Assembly: GCF_002854065.1 (NCBI RefSeq) | Contig: NZ_CP024147.1 | DNA length: 64,000 bases | DNA from: Escherichia coli | GTDB taxonomy: Bacteria > Pseudomonadota > Gammaproteobacteria > Enterobacterales > Enterobacteriaceae | Reading direction: 5' to 3' (one strand) | Part shown: positions 1 through 11,343 of the stretch, in pieces | How positions within the stretch are numbered: the stretch's first letter is position 1 | Layout of the letters: every line of letters starts with the position of its first letter | The notes under the pieces: model-generated | What the model was told of the DNA's origin: nothing | Databases searched by the model: none | What the model saw: only the letters and a program-made list of their open reading frames with translations | Made by a program: the position numbers and the translations under genes

Positions 1-812
1 TGACGCGTAAAATCTTCGCCGATCTCGGTGCATGGCAGATTGCGCAACTGGCACGCCATCCACAGCGTCCTTATACCCTGGATTACGTTCGCCTGGCATT
101 TGATGAATTTGACGAACTGGCTGGCGACCGCGCGTATGCAGACGATAAAGCTATCGTCGGTGGTATCGCCCGTCTCGATGGTCGTCCGGTGATGATCATT
201 GGCCATCAAAAAGGTCGTGAAACCAAAGAAAAAATTCGCCGTAACTTTGGTATGCCAGCGCCAGAAGGTTACCGCAAAGCACTGCGTCTGATGCAAATGG
301 CTGAACGCTTTAAGATGCCTATCATCACCTTTATCGACACCCCGGGGGCTTATCCTGGCGTGGGCGCAGAAGAGCGTGGTCAGTCTGAAGCCATTGCACG
401 CAACCTGCGTGAAATGTCTCGCCTCGGCGTACCGGTAGTTTGTACGGTTATCGGTGAAGGTGGTTCTGGCGGTGCGCTGGCGATTGGCGTGGGCGATAAA
501 GTGAATATGCTGCAATACAGCACCTATTCCGTTATCTCGCCGGAAGGTTGTGCGTCCATTCTGTGGAAGAGCGCCGACAAAGCGCCGCTGGCGGCTGAAG
601 CGATGGGTATCATCGCTCCGCGTCTGAAAGAGCTGAAACTGATCGACTCCATCATCCCGGAACCGCTGGGCGGCGCTCACCGTAACCCGGAAGCGATGGC
701 GGCATCGTTGAAAGCGCAACTGCTGGCGGATCTGGCCGATCTCGACGTGTTAAGCACTGAAGATTTAAAAAATCGTCGTTATCAGCGCCTGATGAGCTAC
801 GGTTACGCGTAA
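1..812 (+). CDS. accA: acetyl-CoA carboxylase carboxyltransferase alpha subunit, 3' portion (5' end outside window)
   Basis: In-frame translation from window start (…[27 protein letters not shown]… [11 protein letters not shown]…) matches AccA; stop at 810-812. Confidence 0.93.
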   Translation, partial: TRKIFADLGAWQIAQLARHPQRPYTLDYVRLAFDEFDELAGDRAYADDKAIVGGIARLDGRPVMIIGHQKGRETKEKIRRNFGMPAPEGYRKALRLMQMAERFKMPIITFIDTPGAYPGVGAEERGQSEAIARNLREMSRLGVPVVCTVIGEGGSGGALAIGVGDKVNMLQYSTYSVISPEGCASILWKSADKAPLAAEAMGIIAPRLKELKLIDSIIPEPLGGAHRNPEAMAASLKAQLLADLADLDVLSTEDLKNRRYQRLMSYGYA

Positions 813-828
813 TTCGCAAAAGTTCTGA

Positions 829-857
829 AAAAGGGTCACTTCGGTGGCCCTTTTTTA
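829..857 (+). terminator. rho-independent terminator after accA
   Basis: GC stem (aagggtcac/gtggccctt) followed by T-run. Confidence 0.6.
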
Positions 858-910
858 TCGCCACGGTTTGAGCAGGCTATGATTAAGGAAGGATTTTCCA
901 GGAGGAACAC

Positions 911-3052
911 ATGAACATCATTGCCATTATGGGACCGCATGGCGTCTTTTATAAAGATGAGCCCATCAAAGAACTGGAGTCGGCGCTGGTGGCGCAAGGC
1001 TTTCAGATTATCTGGCCACAAAACAGCGTTGATTTGCTGAAATTTATCGAACATAACCCTCGAATTTGCGGCGTGATTTTTGACTGGGATGAGTACAGTC
1101 TCGATTTATGTAGCGATATCAATCAGCTTAATGAATATCTCCCGCTTTATGCCTTCATCAACACCCACTCGACGATGGATGTCAGCGTGCAGGATATGCG
1201 GATGGCGCTCTGGTTTTTTGAATATGCGCTGGGGCAGGCGGAAGATATCGCCATTCGTATGCGTCAGTACACCGACGAATATCTTGATAACATTACCCCA
1301 CCGTTCACGAAAGCCTTGTTTACCTACGTCAAAGAGCGGAAGTACACCTTTTGTACGCCGGGTCATATGGGCGGCACCGCATATCAAAAAAGCCCGGTTG
1401 GCTGTCTGTTTTATGATTTTTTCGGCGGGAATACCCTTAAGGCTGATGTCTCTATTTCGGTCACCGAGCTTGGTTCGTTGCTCGACCACACCGGGCCACA
1501 CCTGGAAGCGGAAGAGTACATCGCGCGGACTTTTGGCGCGGAACAGAGTTATATCGTTACCAACGGAACATCGACGTCGAACAAAATTGTGGGTATGTAC
1601 GCCGCGCCATCCGGCAGCACGCTGTTGATCGACCGCAATTGTCATAAATCGCTGGCGCATCTGTTGATGATGAACGATGTAGTGCCAGTCTGGCTGAAAC
1701 CGACGCGTAATGCGTTGGGGATTCTTGGTGGGATCCCGCGCCGTGAATTTACTCGCGACAGCATCGAAGAGAAAGTCGCTGCTACCACGCAAGCACAATG
1801 GCCGGTTCATGCGGTGATCACCAACTCCACCTATGATGGCTTGCTCTACAACACCGACTGGATCAAACAGACGCTGGATGTCCCGTCGATTCACTTCGAT
1901 TCTGCCTGGGTGCCGTACACCCATTTTCATCCGATCTACCAGGGTAAAAGTGGTATGAGCGGCGAGCGTGTTGCGGGAAAAGTGATCTTCGAAACGCAAT
2001 CTACCCACAAAATGCTGGCGGCGTTATCGCAGGCTTCGCTGATCCACATTAAAGGCGAGTATGACGAAGAGGCGTTTAACGAAGCCTTTATGATGCATAC
2101 CACCACCTCGCCCAGTTATCCCATTGTTGCTTCGGTTGAGACGGCGGCGGCGATGCTGCGTGGTAATCCGGGCAAACGGCTGATTAACCGTTCAGTAGAA
2201 CGAGCTCTGCATTTTCGCAAAGAGGTCCAGCGGCTGCGGGAAGAGTCTGACGGTTGGTTTTTCGATATCTGGCAACCGCCGCAGGTGGATGAAGCCGAAT
2301 GCTGGCCCGTTGCGCCTGGCGAAGAGTGGCACGGATTTAACGATGCGGATGCCGATCATATGTTTCTCGATCCGGTTAAAGTCACTATTTTGACACCGGG
2401 GATGGACGAACAGGGCAATATGAGCGAGGAGGGGATCCCGGCGGCGCTGGTGGCAAAATTCCTCGACGAACGTGGGATCGTAGTAGAGAAAACCGGCCCT
2501 TATAACCTGCTGTTTCTCTTTAGTATTGGTATCGATAAAACCAAAGCAATGGGATTATTGCGTGGGTTGACGGAATTTAAACGCTCTTACGATCTCAACC
2601 TGCGGATCAAAAATATGCTACCCGATCTCTATGCTGAAGATCCCGATTTCTACCGCAATATGCGTATTCAGGATCTGGCGCAAGGGATCCATAAGCTGAT
2701 TCGTAAACACGATCTTCCCGGTTTGATGTTGCGGGCATTCGATACTTTGCCGGAGATGATCATGACGCCACATCAGGCATGGCAGAGACAGATTAAAGGT
2801 GAAGTAGAAACCATTGCGCTGGAACAACTGGTCGGTAGAGTATCGGCAAATATGATCCTGCCTTATCCACCGGGCGTACCGCTGTTGATGCCTGGAGAAA
2901 TGCTGACCAAAGAGAGCCGCACAGTACTCGATTTTCTACTGATGCTTTGTTCCGTAGGGCAACATTACCCCGGTTTTGAAACGGATATTCACGGTGCGAA
3001 ACAGGACGAAGACGGCGTTTACCGCGTACGAGTCCTAAAAATGGCGGGATAA
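911..3052 (+). CDS. ldcC: constitutive lysine decarboxylase
   Basis: 713-aa ORF with Orn/Lys/Arg decarboxylase fold (…STHKMLAALSQASLIH…); RBS aggagga upstream; position after accA. Confidence 0.93.
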   Translation: MNIIAIMGPHGVFYKDEPIKELESALVAQGFQIIWPQNSVDLLKFIEHNPRICGVIFDWDEYSLDLCSDINQLNEYLPLYAFINTHSTMDVSVQDMRMALWFFEYALGQAEDIAIRMRQYTDEYLDNITPPFTKALFTYVKERKYTFCTPGHMGGTAYQKSPVGCLFYDFFGGNTLKADVSISVTELGSLLDHTGPHLEAEEYIARTFGAEQSYIVTNGTSTSNKIVGMYAAPSGSTLLIDRNCHKSLAHLLMMNDVVPVWLKPTRNALGILGGIPRREFTRDSIEEKVAATTQAQWPVHAVITNSTYDGLLYNTDWIKQTLDVPSIHFDSAWVPYTHFHPIYQGKSGMSGERVAGKVIFETQSTHKMLAALSQASLIHIKGEYDEEAFNEAFMMHTTTSPSYPIVASVETAAAMLRGNPGKRLINRSVERALHFRKEVQRLREESDGWFFDIWQPPQVDEAECWPVAPGEEWHGFNDADADHMFLDPVKVTILTPGMDEQGNMSEEGIPAALVAKFLDERGIVVEKTGPYNLLFLFSIGIDKTKAMGLLRGLTEFKRSYDLNLRIKNMLPDLYAEDPDFYRNMRIQDLAQGIHKLIRKHDLPGLMLRAFDTLPEMIMTPHQAWQRQIKGEVETIALEQLVGRVSANMILPYPPGVPLLMPGEMLTKESRTVLDFLLMLCSVGQHYPGFETDIHGAKQDEDGVYRVRVLKMAG

Positions 3053-3108
3053 CTTGCCAGAGCGGCTTCCGGGCGAGTAACGTGCTGTTAACAAATAAAG
3101 GAGACGTT

Positions 3109-3498
3109 ATGCTGGGTTTAAAACAGGTTCACCATATTGCGATTATTGCGTCGGATTATGCGGTGAGCAAAGCTTTCTACTGCGATATTCTTGGTTTCAC
3201 GCTGCAAAGCGAAGTCTATCGCGAAGCGCGCGACTCGTGGAAAGGGGATTTGGCGCTTAATGGGCAATATGTGATTGAGCTTTTCTCATTTCCGTTCCCG
3301 CCGGAGCGCCCCAGCCGACCGGAAGCTTGCGGCCTGCGTCATCTGGCTTTTAGCGTTGATGATATCGATGCGGCAGTGGCGCACCTTGAAAGCCATAACG
3401 TGAAGTGTGAAGCCATCCGTGTCGATCCATACACGCAAAAACGCTTCACCTTCTTTAACGATCCGGACGGGCTGCCGTTGGAACTGTATGAGCAGTAA
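3109..3498 (+). CDS. yaeR: glyoxalase/VOC-family protein YaeR
   Basis: ORF with RBS aaaggagacgtt before ATG at 3109; 129 aa MLGLKQVHHIAI…. Confidence 0.85.
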   Translation: MLGLKQVHHIAIIASDYAVSKAFYCDILGFTLQSEVYREARDSWKGDLALNGQYVIELFSFPFPPERPSRPEACGLRHLAFSVDDIDAAVAHLESHNVKCEAIRVDPYTQKRFTFFNDPDGLPLELYEQ

Positions 3499-3562
3499 GG
3501 CTTGTCATTGCCGCATTTGCCCGGTAACGTGCCGGGCATTGCTACTGTAAAATCGCACCATC

Positions 3563-4858
3563 ATGACACTCACGCTCAATAGACAACTTCTCACCTCACG
3601 CCAGATTCTGGTGGCCTTTAGCGGCGGGCTTGACTCCACCGTTCTGCTGCATCAGTTGGTGCAGTGGCGGACGGAAAATCCGGGTGTCGCTCTGCGCGCT
3701 ATTCATGTGCATCACGGTTTAAGTGCCAATGCCGATGCCTGGGTTACGCATTGCGAAAACGTCTGCCAACAGTGGCAGGTGCCGCTGGTGGTCGAACGCG
3801 TACAACTTGCGCAAGAGGGGCTGGGGATTGAGGCCCAGGCGCGACAGGTGCGTTATCAGGCATTTGCCCGCACCTTGTTGCCCGGTGAAGTGCTGGTCAC
3901 CGCGCAACATCTCGACGATCAATGTGAAACTTTTCTGCTGGCGCTAAAACGCGGTAGCGGCCCTGCCGGGCTTTCGGCTATGGCGGAAGTTTCGGAGTTT
4001 GCCGGAACACGGCTTATCCGCCCGTTGCTTGCCCGCACGCGGGGGGAACTGGAGCAGTGGGCATTGGCGCATGGTTTACGCTGGATTGAAGACGAAAGTA
4101 ATCAGGACGACTCATACGATCGTAACTTTCTGCGCCTGCGCGTAGTGCCGTTATTGCAGCAGCGTTGGCCGCATTTTGCCGAAACAACGGCCCGCAGCGC
4201 CGCACTTTGTGCTGAACAAGAGAGCCTGCTGGATGAACTGCTGGCAGATGATTTAGCACACTGTCAATCGCCGCAGGGGACGCTGCAGATTGTGCCAATG
4301 CTGGCGATGAGTGATGCCCGCCGCGCGGCGATTATCCGCCGCTGGCTGGCAGGGCAGAATGCACCGATGCCTTCCCGCGACGCGTTGGTGAGGATCTGGC
4401 AGGAAGTGGCGCTGGCGCGGGAAGATGCCTCCCCCTGTTTACGTTTGGGCGCGTTTGAAATCCGACGCTATCAGTCGCAACTGTGGTGGATTAAATCCGT
4501 CACCGGGCAAAGCGAAAACATTGTGCCGTGGCAGACGTGGCTTCAACCGCTGGAATTACCGGCGGGGCTGGGAAGTGTACAGCTTAATGCGGGAGGCGAT
4601 ATTCGCCCTCCGCGTGCAGACGAAGCGGTCAGCGTGCGTTTCAAAGCGCCAGGATTGCTGCATATTGTCGGGCGTAACGGCGGACGTAAGCTAAAGAAAA
4701 TCTGGCAAGAGCTGGGCGTGCCGCCGTGGCTACGTGACACCACGCCACTGCTGTTTTATGGCGAAACGCTGATTGCGGCGGCAGGGGTATTTGTGACGCA
4801 AGAAGGTGTGGCTGAAGGTGAGAATGGCATAAGTTTTGTCTGGCAGCGAAACGCTTAG
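3563..4858 (+). CDS. tilS: tRNA(Ile)-lysidine synthetase
   Basis: 431-aa ORF with PP-loop motif SGGLDS near N-terminus. Confidence 0.92.
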   Translation: MTLTLNRQLLTSRQILVAFSGGLDSTVLLHQLVQWRTENPGVALRAIHVHHGLSANADAWVTHCENVCQQWQVPLVVERVQLAQEGLGIEAQARQVRYQAFARTLLPGEVLVTAQHLDDQCETFLLALKRGSGPAGLSAMAEVSEFAGTRLIRPLLARTRGELEQWALAHGLRWIEDESNQDDSYDRNFLRLRVVPLLQQRWPHFAETTARSAALCAEQESLLDELLADDLAHCQSPQGTLQIVPMLAMSDARRAAIIRRWLAGQNAPMPSRDALVRIWQEVALAREDASPCLRLGAFEIRRYQSQLWWIKSVTGQSENIVPWQTWLQPLELPAGLGSVQLNAGGDIRPPRADEAVSVRFKAPGLLHIVGRNGGRKLKKIWQELGVPPWLRDTTPLLFYGETLIAAAGVFVTQEGVAEGENGISFVWQRNA

Positions 4859-4867
4859 TTAAGTGAA

Positions 4868-4901
4868 GGCCGGATATGACGCATTAAGCGTCGCATCCGG
4901 C
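4868..4901. repeat. REP (repetitive extragenic palindrome) element
   Basis: gccggatatgacgcattaagcgtcgcatccggc palindrome between convergent tilS and rof. Confidence 0.75.
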
Positions 4902-4910
4902 GAAAGTCAA

Positions 4911-5165
4911 TCAGGACTCGCTCACCACCACCGTACCGATTTCTGGGTGGCTAAAGCTGGTAATTTTATCCAGACGTAGCTCACGGGTTTCGCCAGCGGC
5001 CTCGACGACCAGATACTCCACATTTTTGCGGGAGACTAAATCGCTGGCTTTTGCCTGCAATTTTTCGCCATCTTTCAGCTCAAGTGTCAGCATTAAATGA
5101 TGCTGGCAGGCGAGCTCAAGATTATCGTAATCATCACAATTGATTGGTTGATACGTATCATTCAT
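4911..5165 (-). CDS. rof: Rho-binding antiterminator Rof (YaeO)
   Basis: 84-aa [26 protein letters not shown]…. Confidence 0.88.
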
Positions 5166-5358
5166 TGACATAATCGCTCACCAGTAAGTTTGCCGCAGCG
5201 TATGCTGCTTTTTCCCTGACAGCCTCAGAAAGGGCGTCGTCGGCAGCCATTTCATTCAGCACTTTCAAAACGCAGCCCAGCGCGTCCGGAACGTATCCTA
5301 AGTCTCCGCTGGCGATTTCCGCGTACCGCTTGCGTATTAACTCACAATATTTTTCCAC
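5158..5358 (-). CDS. yaeP: small protein YaeP (UPF0253)
   Basis: Short ORF overlapping rof start; probable GTG start. Confidence 0.75.
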
Positions 5359-5523
5359 ATGCCCTCCTGTCAGCACTCTGACTTAACCGTGGATGCAAGT
5401 CTAAGCCTACGAAGATAAACTCTGTTTCGCAAGGTGACTATACCACACTCATTTCTGCAATATCAGCGCCGCAACTGCACGTATTCCGTTACAATGGCCT
5501 CCTGATTCGAAAGGAGTTTTCTT

Positions 5524-6069
5524 ATGGCGCTTAAAGCGACAATTTATAAAGCGACGGTTAATGTGGCCGATCTCGACCGCAACCAGTTTCTCGATGCCTC
5601 TCTGACGCTGGCGCGCCACCCTTCAGAAACCCAGGAGCGTATGATGCTGCGCTTGCTGGCGTGGTTGAAATATGCTGATGAACGTCTGCAATTTACCCGT
5701 GGTTTGTGTGCCGATGATGAGCCGGAAGCGTGGCTGCGTAACGATCACCTGGGCATTGATTTGTGGATTGAGCTGGGGCTGCCGGATGAGCGGCGGATTA
5801 AGAAAGCCTGCACCCAGGCCGCAGAAGTGGCGCTGTTTACCTATAATAGTCGGGCGGCGCAAATCTGGTGGCAGCAAAATCAGAGCAAATGTGTGCAGTT
5901 TGCCAATCTTTCCGTCTGGTATCTGGACGATGAACAACTGGCGAAAGTAAGCGCCTTTGCCGATCGTACCATGACGCTGCAGGCAACGATTCAGGATGGC
6001 GTGATCTGGTTATCGGATGATAAGAATAATCTGGAAGTGAACTTAACCGCCTGGCAACAACCTTCATGA
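5524..6069 (+). CDS. yaeQ: YaeQ family protein
   Basis: 181-aa ORF, conserved position. Confidence 0.88.
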   Translation: MALKATIYKATVNVADLDRNQFLDASLTLARHPSETQERMMLRLLAWLKYADERLQFTRGLCADDEPEAWLRNDHLGIDLWIELGLPDERRIKKACTQAAEVALFTYNSRAAQIWWQQNQSKCVQFANLSVWYLDDEQLAKVSAFADRTMTLQATIQDGVIWLSDDKNNLEVNLTAWQQPS

Positions 6070-6488
6070 TTGTGATTTCCCGACATGTTGCTATTCCCGA
6101 TGGTGAGCTTGTGATCACCGCCATTCGTGCGCAGGGCGCGGGCGGGCAGCATGTTAATAAGACCTCAACGGCTATTCATCTGCGTTTTGACATTCGGGCG
6201 TCCAGCCTGCCAGAGTATTACAAAGAGCGTCTGCTCGCCGCCAGCCATCATTTGATCAGCAGTGATGGCGTGATTGTCATTAAGGCACAGGAATACCGCA
6301 GTCAGGAACTGAACCGCGAAGCAGCTCTGGCCCGGCTGGTGGCTGTGATTAAAGAATTAACAACAGAACAAAAAGCCCGACGACCCACGCGGCCCACCCG
6401 AGCATCGAAAGAGCGCAGGCTGGCATCGAAAGCACAAAAATCAAGCGTGAAGGCGATGCGCGGCAAAGTGCGCAGCGGTCGGGAATAA
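6066..6488 (+). CDS. arfB: alternative ribosome-rescue factor ArfB (peptidyl-tRNA hydrolase, YaeJ)
   Basis: 140-aa ORF with GGQ motif ([20 protein letters not shown]) and basic C-terminal tail; 4-bp overlap with yaeQ. Confidence 0.92.
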   Translation: MIVISRHVAIPDGELVITAIRAQGAGGQHVNKTSTAIHLRFDIRASSLPEYYKERLLAASHHLISSDGVIVIKAQEYRSQELNREAALARLVAVIKELTTEQKARRPTRPTRASKERRLASKAQKSSVKAMRGKVRSGRE

Positions 6489-6501
6489 AAAGAAGGAATG
6501 G

Positions 6502-7212
6502 ATGGTGAAAAAAGCGATAGTGACAGCGATGGCTGTAATCAGCCTCTTTACTCTGATGGGTTGTAATAATCGGGCCGAAGTCGATACGCTTTCTCCGGCG
6601 CAGGCTGCCGAACTGAAACCGATGCCGCAAAGTTGGCGCGGCGTGCTGCCGTGTGCCGATTGCGAAGGAATCGAAACCTCTCTGTTCCTCGAAAAAGACG
6701 GAACATGGGTGATGAATGAGCGTTATCTCGGTGCTCGTGAAGAACCTTCCTCCTTCGCTTCCTACGGTACATGGGCGCGAACCGCTGACAAGCTGGTATT
6801 AACCGACAGCAAAGGTGAAAAGTCATATTATCGGGCGAAAGGCGATGCGCTGGAGATGCTCGATCGTGAAGGCAATCCGATTGAATCGCAGTTCAACTAT
6901 ACGCTGGAACCGGCACAATCCAGTTTACCCATGACGCCGATGACCCTGCGGGGCATGTATTTTTATATGGCTGATGCGGCGACCTTCACTGATTGCGCGA
7001 CCGGAAAACGTTTCATGGTAGCGAATAACGCAGAGCTGGAGCGTGGCTACCTGGCTGCGCGCGGTCACAGTGAAAAACCGGTGTTACTGTCAGTAGAAGG
7101 TCACTTTACGCTTGAGGCTAATCCGGATACCGGTGCGCCGACCAAAATATTAGCGCCCGATACGGCAGGTAAATTTTACCCAAACAAGGATTGCAATAGT
7201 TTGGGGCAGTAA
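6502..7212 (+). CDS. nlpE: outer-membrane lipoprotein NlpE (CutF), Cpx pathway sensor
   Basis: 236-aa ORF with lipoprotein signal peptide (…LFTLMGCNN) and CxxC motif. Confidence 0.9.
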   Translation: MVKKAIVTAMAVISLFTLMGCNNRAEVDTLSPAQAAELKPMPQSWRGVLPCADCEGIETSLFLEKDGTWVMNERYLGAREEPSSFASYGTWARTADKLVLTDSKGEKSYYRAKGDALEMLDREGNPIESQFNYTLEPAQSSLPMTPMTLRGMYFYMADAATFTDCATGKRFMVANNAELERGYLAARGHSEKPVLLSVEGHFTLEANPDTGAPTKILAPDTAGKFYPNKDCNSLGQ

Positions 7213-7287
7213 CCCGTCTTGAGACAGAAACAAACGCAAAACAGGCCAGAAGGATATATTTCAACATTTTGAATTTGCACGTTTTTT

Positions 7288-7372
<85 letters not shown>

Positions 7373-7411
7373 CCCCCCTCATACCTTAAGGCGGATAAGG
7401 CATTTACTTTA

Positions 7412-8245
7412 TCACCGGGTCAGCCCAACAAAGCGACCCGCCTTGATATAAATCCCTGGCTTCAGGTGCCCAACATACTGTAACTGCGTTTCTGGCTTAA
7501 ACGCAGAGACATCACCAATACGCATATGCATCAGATCGGCAGGGCTAATCCAGCCCGATTGCGCCAGCGTAAGCGGATGCCCGGCTTTGGCAAATGCATC
7601 AGTGACAAATTCCGAACAAAACCACGACTTTTTGTCTCCTTCGCCCACACTGCTTAACTGCGCTTTCGCCAGGCCGCTGACGCACTGTTGGCGAAAATCC
7701 TCGGAGAACGGATTCAGTGAGCACATCTGGCGAGTCACCATAAAGGGGATAAATTCGACAATGCCGCGATAGTTATAACCGCTATCTTTGATTTTATTGG
7801 CGAACGCGGTGATTTCTGTGGCTTGTTGCGGGGTAAGATCCGGGACTCGTAAGACGAAAAGTTTATCACTATGCTTCATCGCTTTTTTAAGGGAAACAAT
7901 CTGGACGCCAGCGCCTGTCGCTTCTGCAACGTTATTTTCACCCAGATAGATTGCAACGTGACTCACAGAGGAAGTGCTGAAAACGCGGATCCCAAATGAG
8001 GTTACCCCCAGGCTTGAGGAGAACAGCAAATCGCCGGGTTTGAGATCAGGTACCGTTATTTCTTTTATTGATTGTTCGGTGAAAGAGCTTTGATGCTGGA
8101 ATTTGACAGCCCATGTTTTTGCCTCGACATCTACCGCTGTGGCAGAGGAGTCTGGCTGGCTGATATCAACGGTACAGGCCGAAAGTAAAAGAAAGCTGGT
8201 GAGAAGCAGGCGGTAGTACGCCTTTGGTTTATCCATTTTATACAA
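7412..8245 (-). CDS. yaeF: NlpC/P60-family putative lipoprotein YaeF
   Basis: 277-aa ORF with signal peptide, conserved position. Confidence 0.85.
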   Translation of the reverse strand: MYKMDKPKAYYRLLLTSFLLLSACTVDISQPDSSATAVDVEAKTWAVKFQHQSSFTEQSIKEITVPDLKPGDLLFSSSLGVTSFGIRVFSTSSVSHVAIYLGENNVAEATGAGVQIVSLKKAMKHSDKLFVLRVPDLTPQQATEITAFANKIKDSGYNYRGIVEFIPFMVTRQMCSLNPFSEDFRQQCVSGLAKAQLSSVGEGDKKSWFCSEFVTDAFAKAGHPLTLAQSGWISPADLMHMRIGDVSAFKPETQLQYVGHLKPGIYIKAGRFVGLTR

Positions 8246-8288
8246 TCCATGTAAAAAAGGGCCCTGAAATTCAGGACCCTTTCTGGCA

Positions 8289-10007
8289 TCAGCCTTTAAT
8301 CTGTTTCACCAGATATTCGACGATGTCACCAGTCTTAATTAACTGTTTCTCGCCGTTGCGACGATATTTATATTCGATATCGTCGTTGTCGAGGTTACGG
8401 TCGCCCAGCACAATAGTGTGCGGAATACCGATCAGTTCCATATCAGCAAACATCACGCCCGGACGCTCTTTGCGGTCATCCAGCAGCACTTCGATACCTT
8501 GTGCACGCAGTTCGCTGTAGAGTTTCTCGGCCAGCTCCTGTACGCGGAAGGATTTGTGCATGTTCATCGGCAGAATCGCCACCTGGAACGGCGCGATAGC
8601 GTCAGGCCATACGATGCCGCGCTCGTCGTAGTTCTGCTCAATCGCCGCAGCCACTACGCGCGTTACCCCGATACCGTAGCAACCCATCGTCAGGATTTGG
8701 TTACGGCCATCTTCACCCTGTACGGAGGCTTTCAGTGCTTCGGAGTACTTGGTACCCAGCTGGAAGATGTGACCAACTTCGATACCACGTTTGATCAGCA
8801 GCGTACCCTGGCCATCCGGGCTTGGATCGCCAGCCACCACGTTACGGATATCCGCAACTTCCGGGGTAGCGACATCGCGATCCCAGTTGATGCCGAAGTA
8901 GTGTTTACCATCGATGTTAGCACCAGCAGCGAAATCACTCATCGCCGCAACGGTACGGTCAATCACCACCGGAATCGGCATGTTTACCGGACCCAGTGAA
9001 CCCGGACCGGCTTTAACCACGGCACGAATTTCTTCTTCGGTCGCGAAAGTCAGCGGGCTGGCAACCTGCGGCAGTTTTTCTGCTTTAACTTCGTTCAGCT
9101 CGTGATCACCGCGCACCAGCAGCGCAACCAGCGGGAAGCTACTGCCTTCAACCGCTTTAACCAGCAGAGTCTTAACCGTTTTCTTAATCGGCAGATTGAA
9201 CTGTTCAACCAGTTCCGCGATGGTTTTCGCGTTCGGCGTATCAACCAGCGTCATTTCCTGGGTAGCCGCGCCGCGCGGTTCTTTCGGCGCGATAGCTTCT
9301 GCCAGTTCAATGTTCGCTGCGTAGTCTGAGGTGTCGGAGAAGACCACATCGTCTTCACCGCTCTGCGCCAGCACCTGGAATTCGTGAGAGGCGCTACCGC
9401 CGATAGAACCGGTGTCGGCCTGTACGGCGCGGAAATCCAGCCCCATGCGGCTGAAGATTTTGCTGTAGGCCGCATACATTGCATCGTAGGTTTCCTGCAG
9501 GGATTCCTGAGAAGTATGGAAAGAGTAAGCATCTTTCATCAGGAATTCGCGGGAACGCATGACGCCGAAACGCGGACGCACTTCGTCGCGGAACTTGGTC
9601 TGGATCTGATAGAAGTTCAGCGGCAGCTGTTTGTAAGAGCTAAGCTCGTTACGAATCAGGTCAGTGATAACTTCTTCATGAGTTGGGCCGAGTACGAACG
9701 GACGCTCGCCACGGTCAACAAAACGCAGCAGTTCCGGACCGTACTGTTCCCAACGACCACTCTCTTGCCACAAATCGGCTGGCTGAACCACCGGCATCGA
9801 CACCTCGATTGCACCGGCGTTGTTCATCTCTTCACGCACGATGTTTTCGACTTTTTTCAGAACGCGCACGCCGGTCGGCAGCCAGGTATATAACCCGGAG
9901 GCCAGCTTGCGGATCATCCCGGCGCGCAGCATCAGCTGATGGCTGATCACCTCGGCGTCGGCAGGTGTCTCCTTGAGAGTGGAGAGCAGGTATTGGCTAG
10001 TACGCAT
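8289..10007 (-). CDS. proS: prolyl-tRNA synthetase
   Basis: ORF containing [20 protein letters not shown]… class II aaRS; start placed at the conserved Met (572 aa). Confidence 0.94.
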   Translation of the reverse strand: MRTSQYLLSTLKETPADAEVISHQLMLRAGMIRKLASGLYTWLPTGVRVLKKVENIVREEMNNAGAIEVSMPVVQPADLWQESGRWEQYGPELLRFVDRGERPFVLGPTHEEVITDLIRNELSSYKQLPLNFYQIQTKFRDEVRPRFGVMRSREFLMKDAYSFHTSQESLQETYDAMYAAYSKIFSRMGLDFRAVQADTGSIGGSASHEFQVLAQSGEDDVVFSDTSDYAANIELAEAIAPKEPRGAATQEMTLVDTPNAKTIAELVEQFNLPIKKTVKTLLVKAVEGSSFPLVALLVRGDHELNEVKAEKLPQVASPLTFATEEEIRAVVKAGPGSLGPVNMPIPVVIDRTVAAMSDFAAGANIDGKHYFGINWDRDVATPEVADIRNVVAGDPSPDGQGTLLIKRGIEVGHIFQLGTKYSEALKASVQGEDGRNQILTMGCYGIGVTRVVAAAIEQNYDERGIVWPDAIAPFQVAILPMNMHKSFRVQELAEKLYSELRAQGIEVLLDDRKERPGVMFADMELIGIPHTIVLGDRNLDNDDIEYKYRRNGEKQLIKTGDIVEYLVKQIKG

Positions 10008-10117
10008 GTTGTTACGGTTCCAGTTGGAAGGTAGAACAGGCTCAAGGCGAGCCTGGGACAAAAAAAGTGATTTAGTTTACCAGTGCAAAAGAAATGTCAA
10101 AAGAGAAGGGCGTGAAT

Positions 10118-10825
10118 TTAACGCGGTTCCAGCGCAAAGACTTCAAAACCTGCGTCGGTGACGCGCCAGCGAACGTTAAAATCATGTAGCCAGACGGCAT
10201 AGGTTTTGCCCGTTTCCTCACCTTTACGATAGGCCGGGCGCGGGTCCTGCGCCAGTACTTCGCGGATAAACAGCGTTAACTGCGGATAACGCTTCTCCAG
10301 CGTCAAAAGCTGCTTTTCGACCTCTGCGGTAAAACTCACCGTCATCTCTGCCGCTGGCGCACTTTGCGCATAGCTGGCACTGGCATCGGGAAGCGATTCG
10401 GCAAAGGGGAGATACGGTTTGATATCCACCACCGGCGTACCATCGACCAGATCCAGACTGCCGAGCTTCAGAATCACGCTGTCTTTATGGCAAACAACCT
10501 CTTTCAGCTCTACCAGCGACATACCAATTGGGTTAGGGCGAAAAGTGGAACGCGTAGCGAAAACACCCATTCTGGCATTACCGCCAAGACGAGGCGGACG
10601 CACAGTCGGACGCCAGCCGCCTTCCATCGTTTGATGAAAGACGAAAAGGATCCATAAATGGCTGAATGCTTCCAGGCCGCGAACGGCGTCAGCCTGGTTG
10701 TAGGGAGCAATGAGATGCAGTTCGCCGTTGGCGCTTTTTACCAGACCTGGCTGGCGCGGAACGGCGAATTTTTCTTTATAGGGCGAGCGAATAACGCCTA
10801 TTTGCTCGAACTGGAAACTGCTCAT
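10118..10825 (-). CDS. tsaA: tRNA (m6t6A37) methyltransferase TsaA (YaeB)
   Basis: 235-aa ORF, conserved synteny with rcsF. Confidence 0.88.
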   Translation of the reverse strand: MSSFQFEQIGVIRSPYKEKFAVPRQPGLVKSANGELHLIAPYNQADAVRGLEAFSHLWILFVFHQTMEGGWRPTVRPPRLGGNARMGVFATRSTFRPNPIGMSLVELKEVVCHKDSVILKLGSLDLVDGTPVVDIKPYLPFAESLPDASASYAQSAPAAEMTVSFTAEVEKQLLTLEKRYPQLTLFIREVLAQDPRPAYRKGEETGKTYAVWLHDFNVRWRVTDAGFEVFALEPR

Positions 10826-11226
10826 TTCGCCGTAATGTTAAGCGCAGAGCCGATACATACAGCCTGACGATAGCAGCCCGGCGTACCGCTGGTGACTTCG
10901 CAGCTATGCAGTAATACAGCATTGGCTTTCATTTTAGAGGCGTTGATTTGCATCCGCTTACGTGCGGTTGGAATGCTCGGCGGAGAGTCCTGATTAGAGG
11001 CCTGGCAAGAGTCGCCACTGACTTCACCGAGATCGCGGAACGGTTTGCCGACTAATTCTTCTGCATTGGTATAAATTCGGACCGGCGTGGCGCGCGGCGC
11101 TTTCGGTTTTGCAGGCTCCGCTTTCGGCTGGGGTGCAGTGCTTTGAACGGGTTCGATAGGGGATCTGCTTAACATGGAACAGCCGCTTAGCATGAGTGCT
11201 ACTAAACAGATCGGTAAAGCACGCAT
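10822..11226 (-). CDS. rcsF: outer-membrane lipoprotein RcsF (Rcs phosphorelay sensor)
   Basis: 134-aa ORF with lipobox (LMLSGCSM) and Pro-rich linker. Confidence 0.92.
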   Translation of the reverse strand: MRALPICLVALMLSGCSMLSRSPIEPVQSTAPQPKAEPAKPKAPRATPVRIYTNAEELVGKPFRDLGEVSGDSCQASNQDSPPSIPTARKRMQINASKMKANAVLLHSCEVTSGTPGCYRQAVCIGSALNITAK

Positions 11227-11343
11227 AGTATTTCCTCAATGTATGATCAAAACGTCAATATTGAATCAGGAGCTTGTAAAAATGACAAGACGGGCAAGCG
11301 CCCGTCCTGAATGATATTACAAATTGTGGAAACAGCCTAAAAA

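Noticed and set aside
1106-2008. 300-aa antisense ORF inside ldcC, and similar long antisense ORFs inside fadE, pepD, lfhA, tssF and the rhs core
   Set aside because: Opposite-strand ORFs within well-supported genes; GC-rich coding DNA generates long antisense frames.
8224-8520. 98-aa plus-strand ORF overlapping the yaeF start and proS 3' end
   Set aside because: Low-complexity Ser/Pro/Arg-rich translation in a region covered by confident genes on the other strand.
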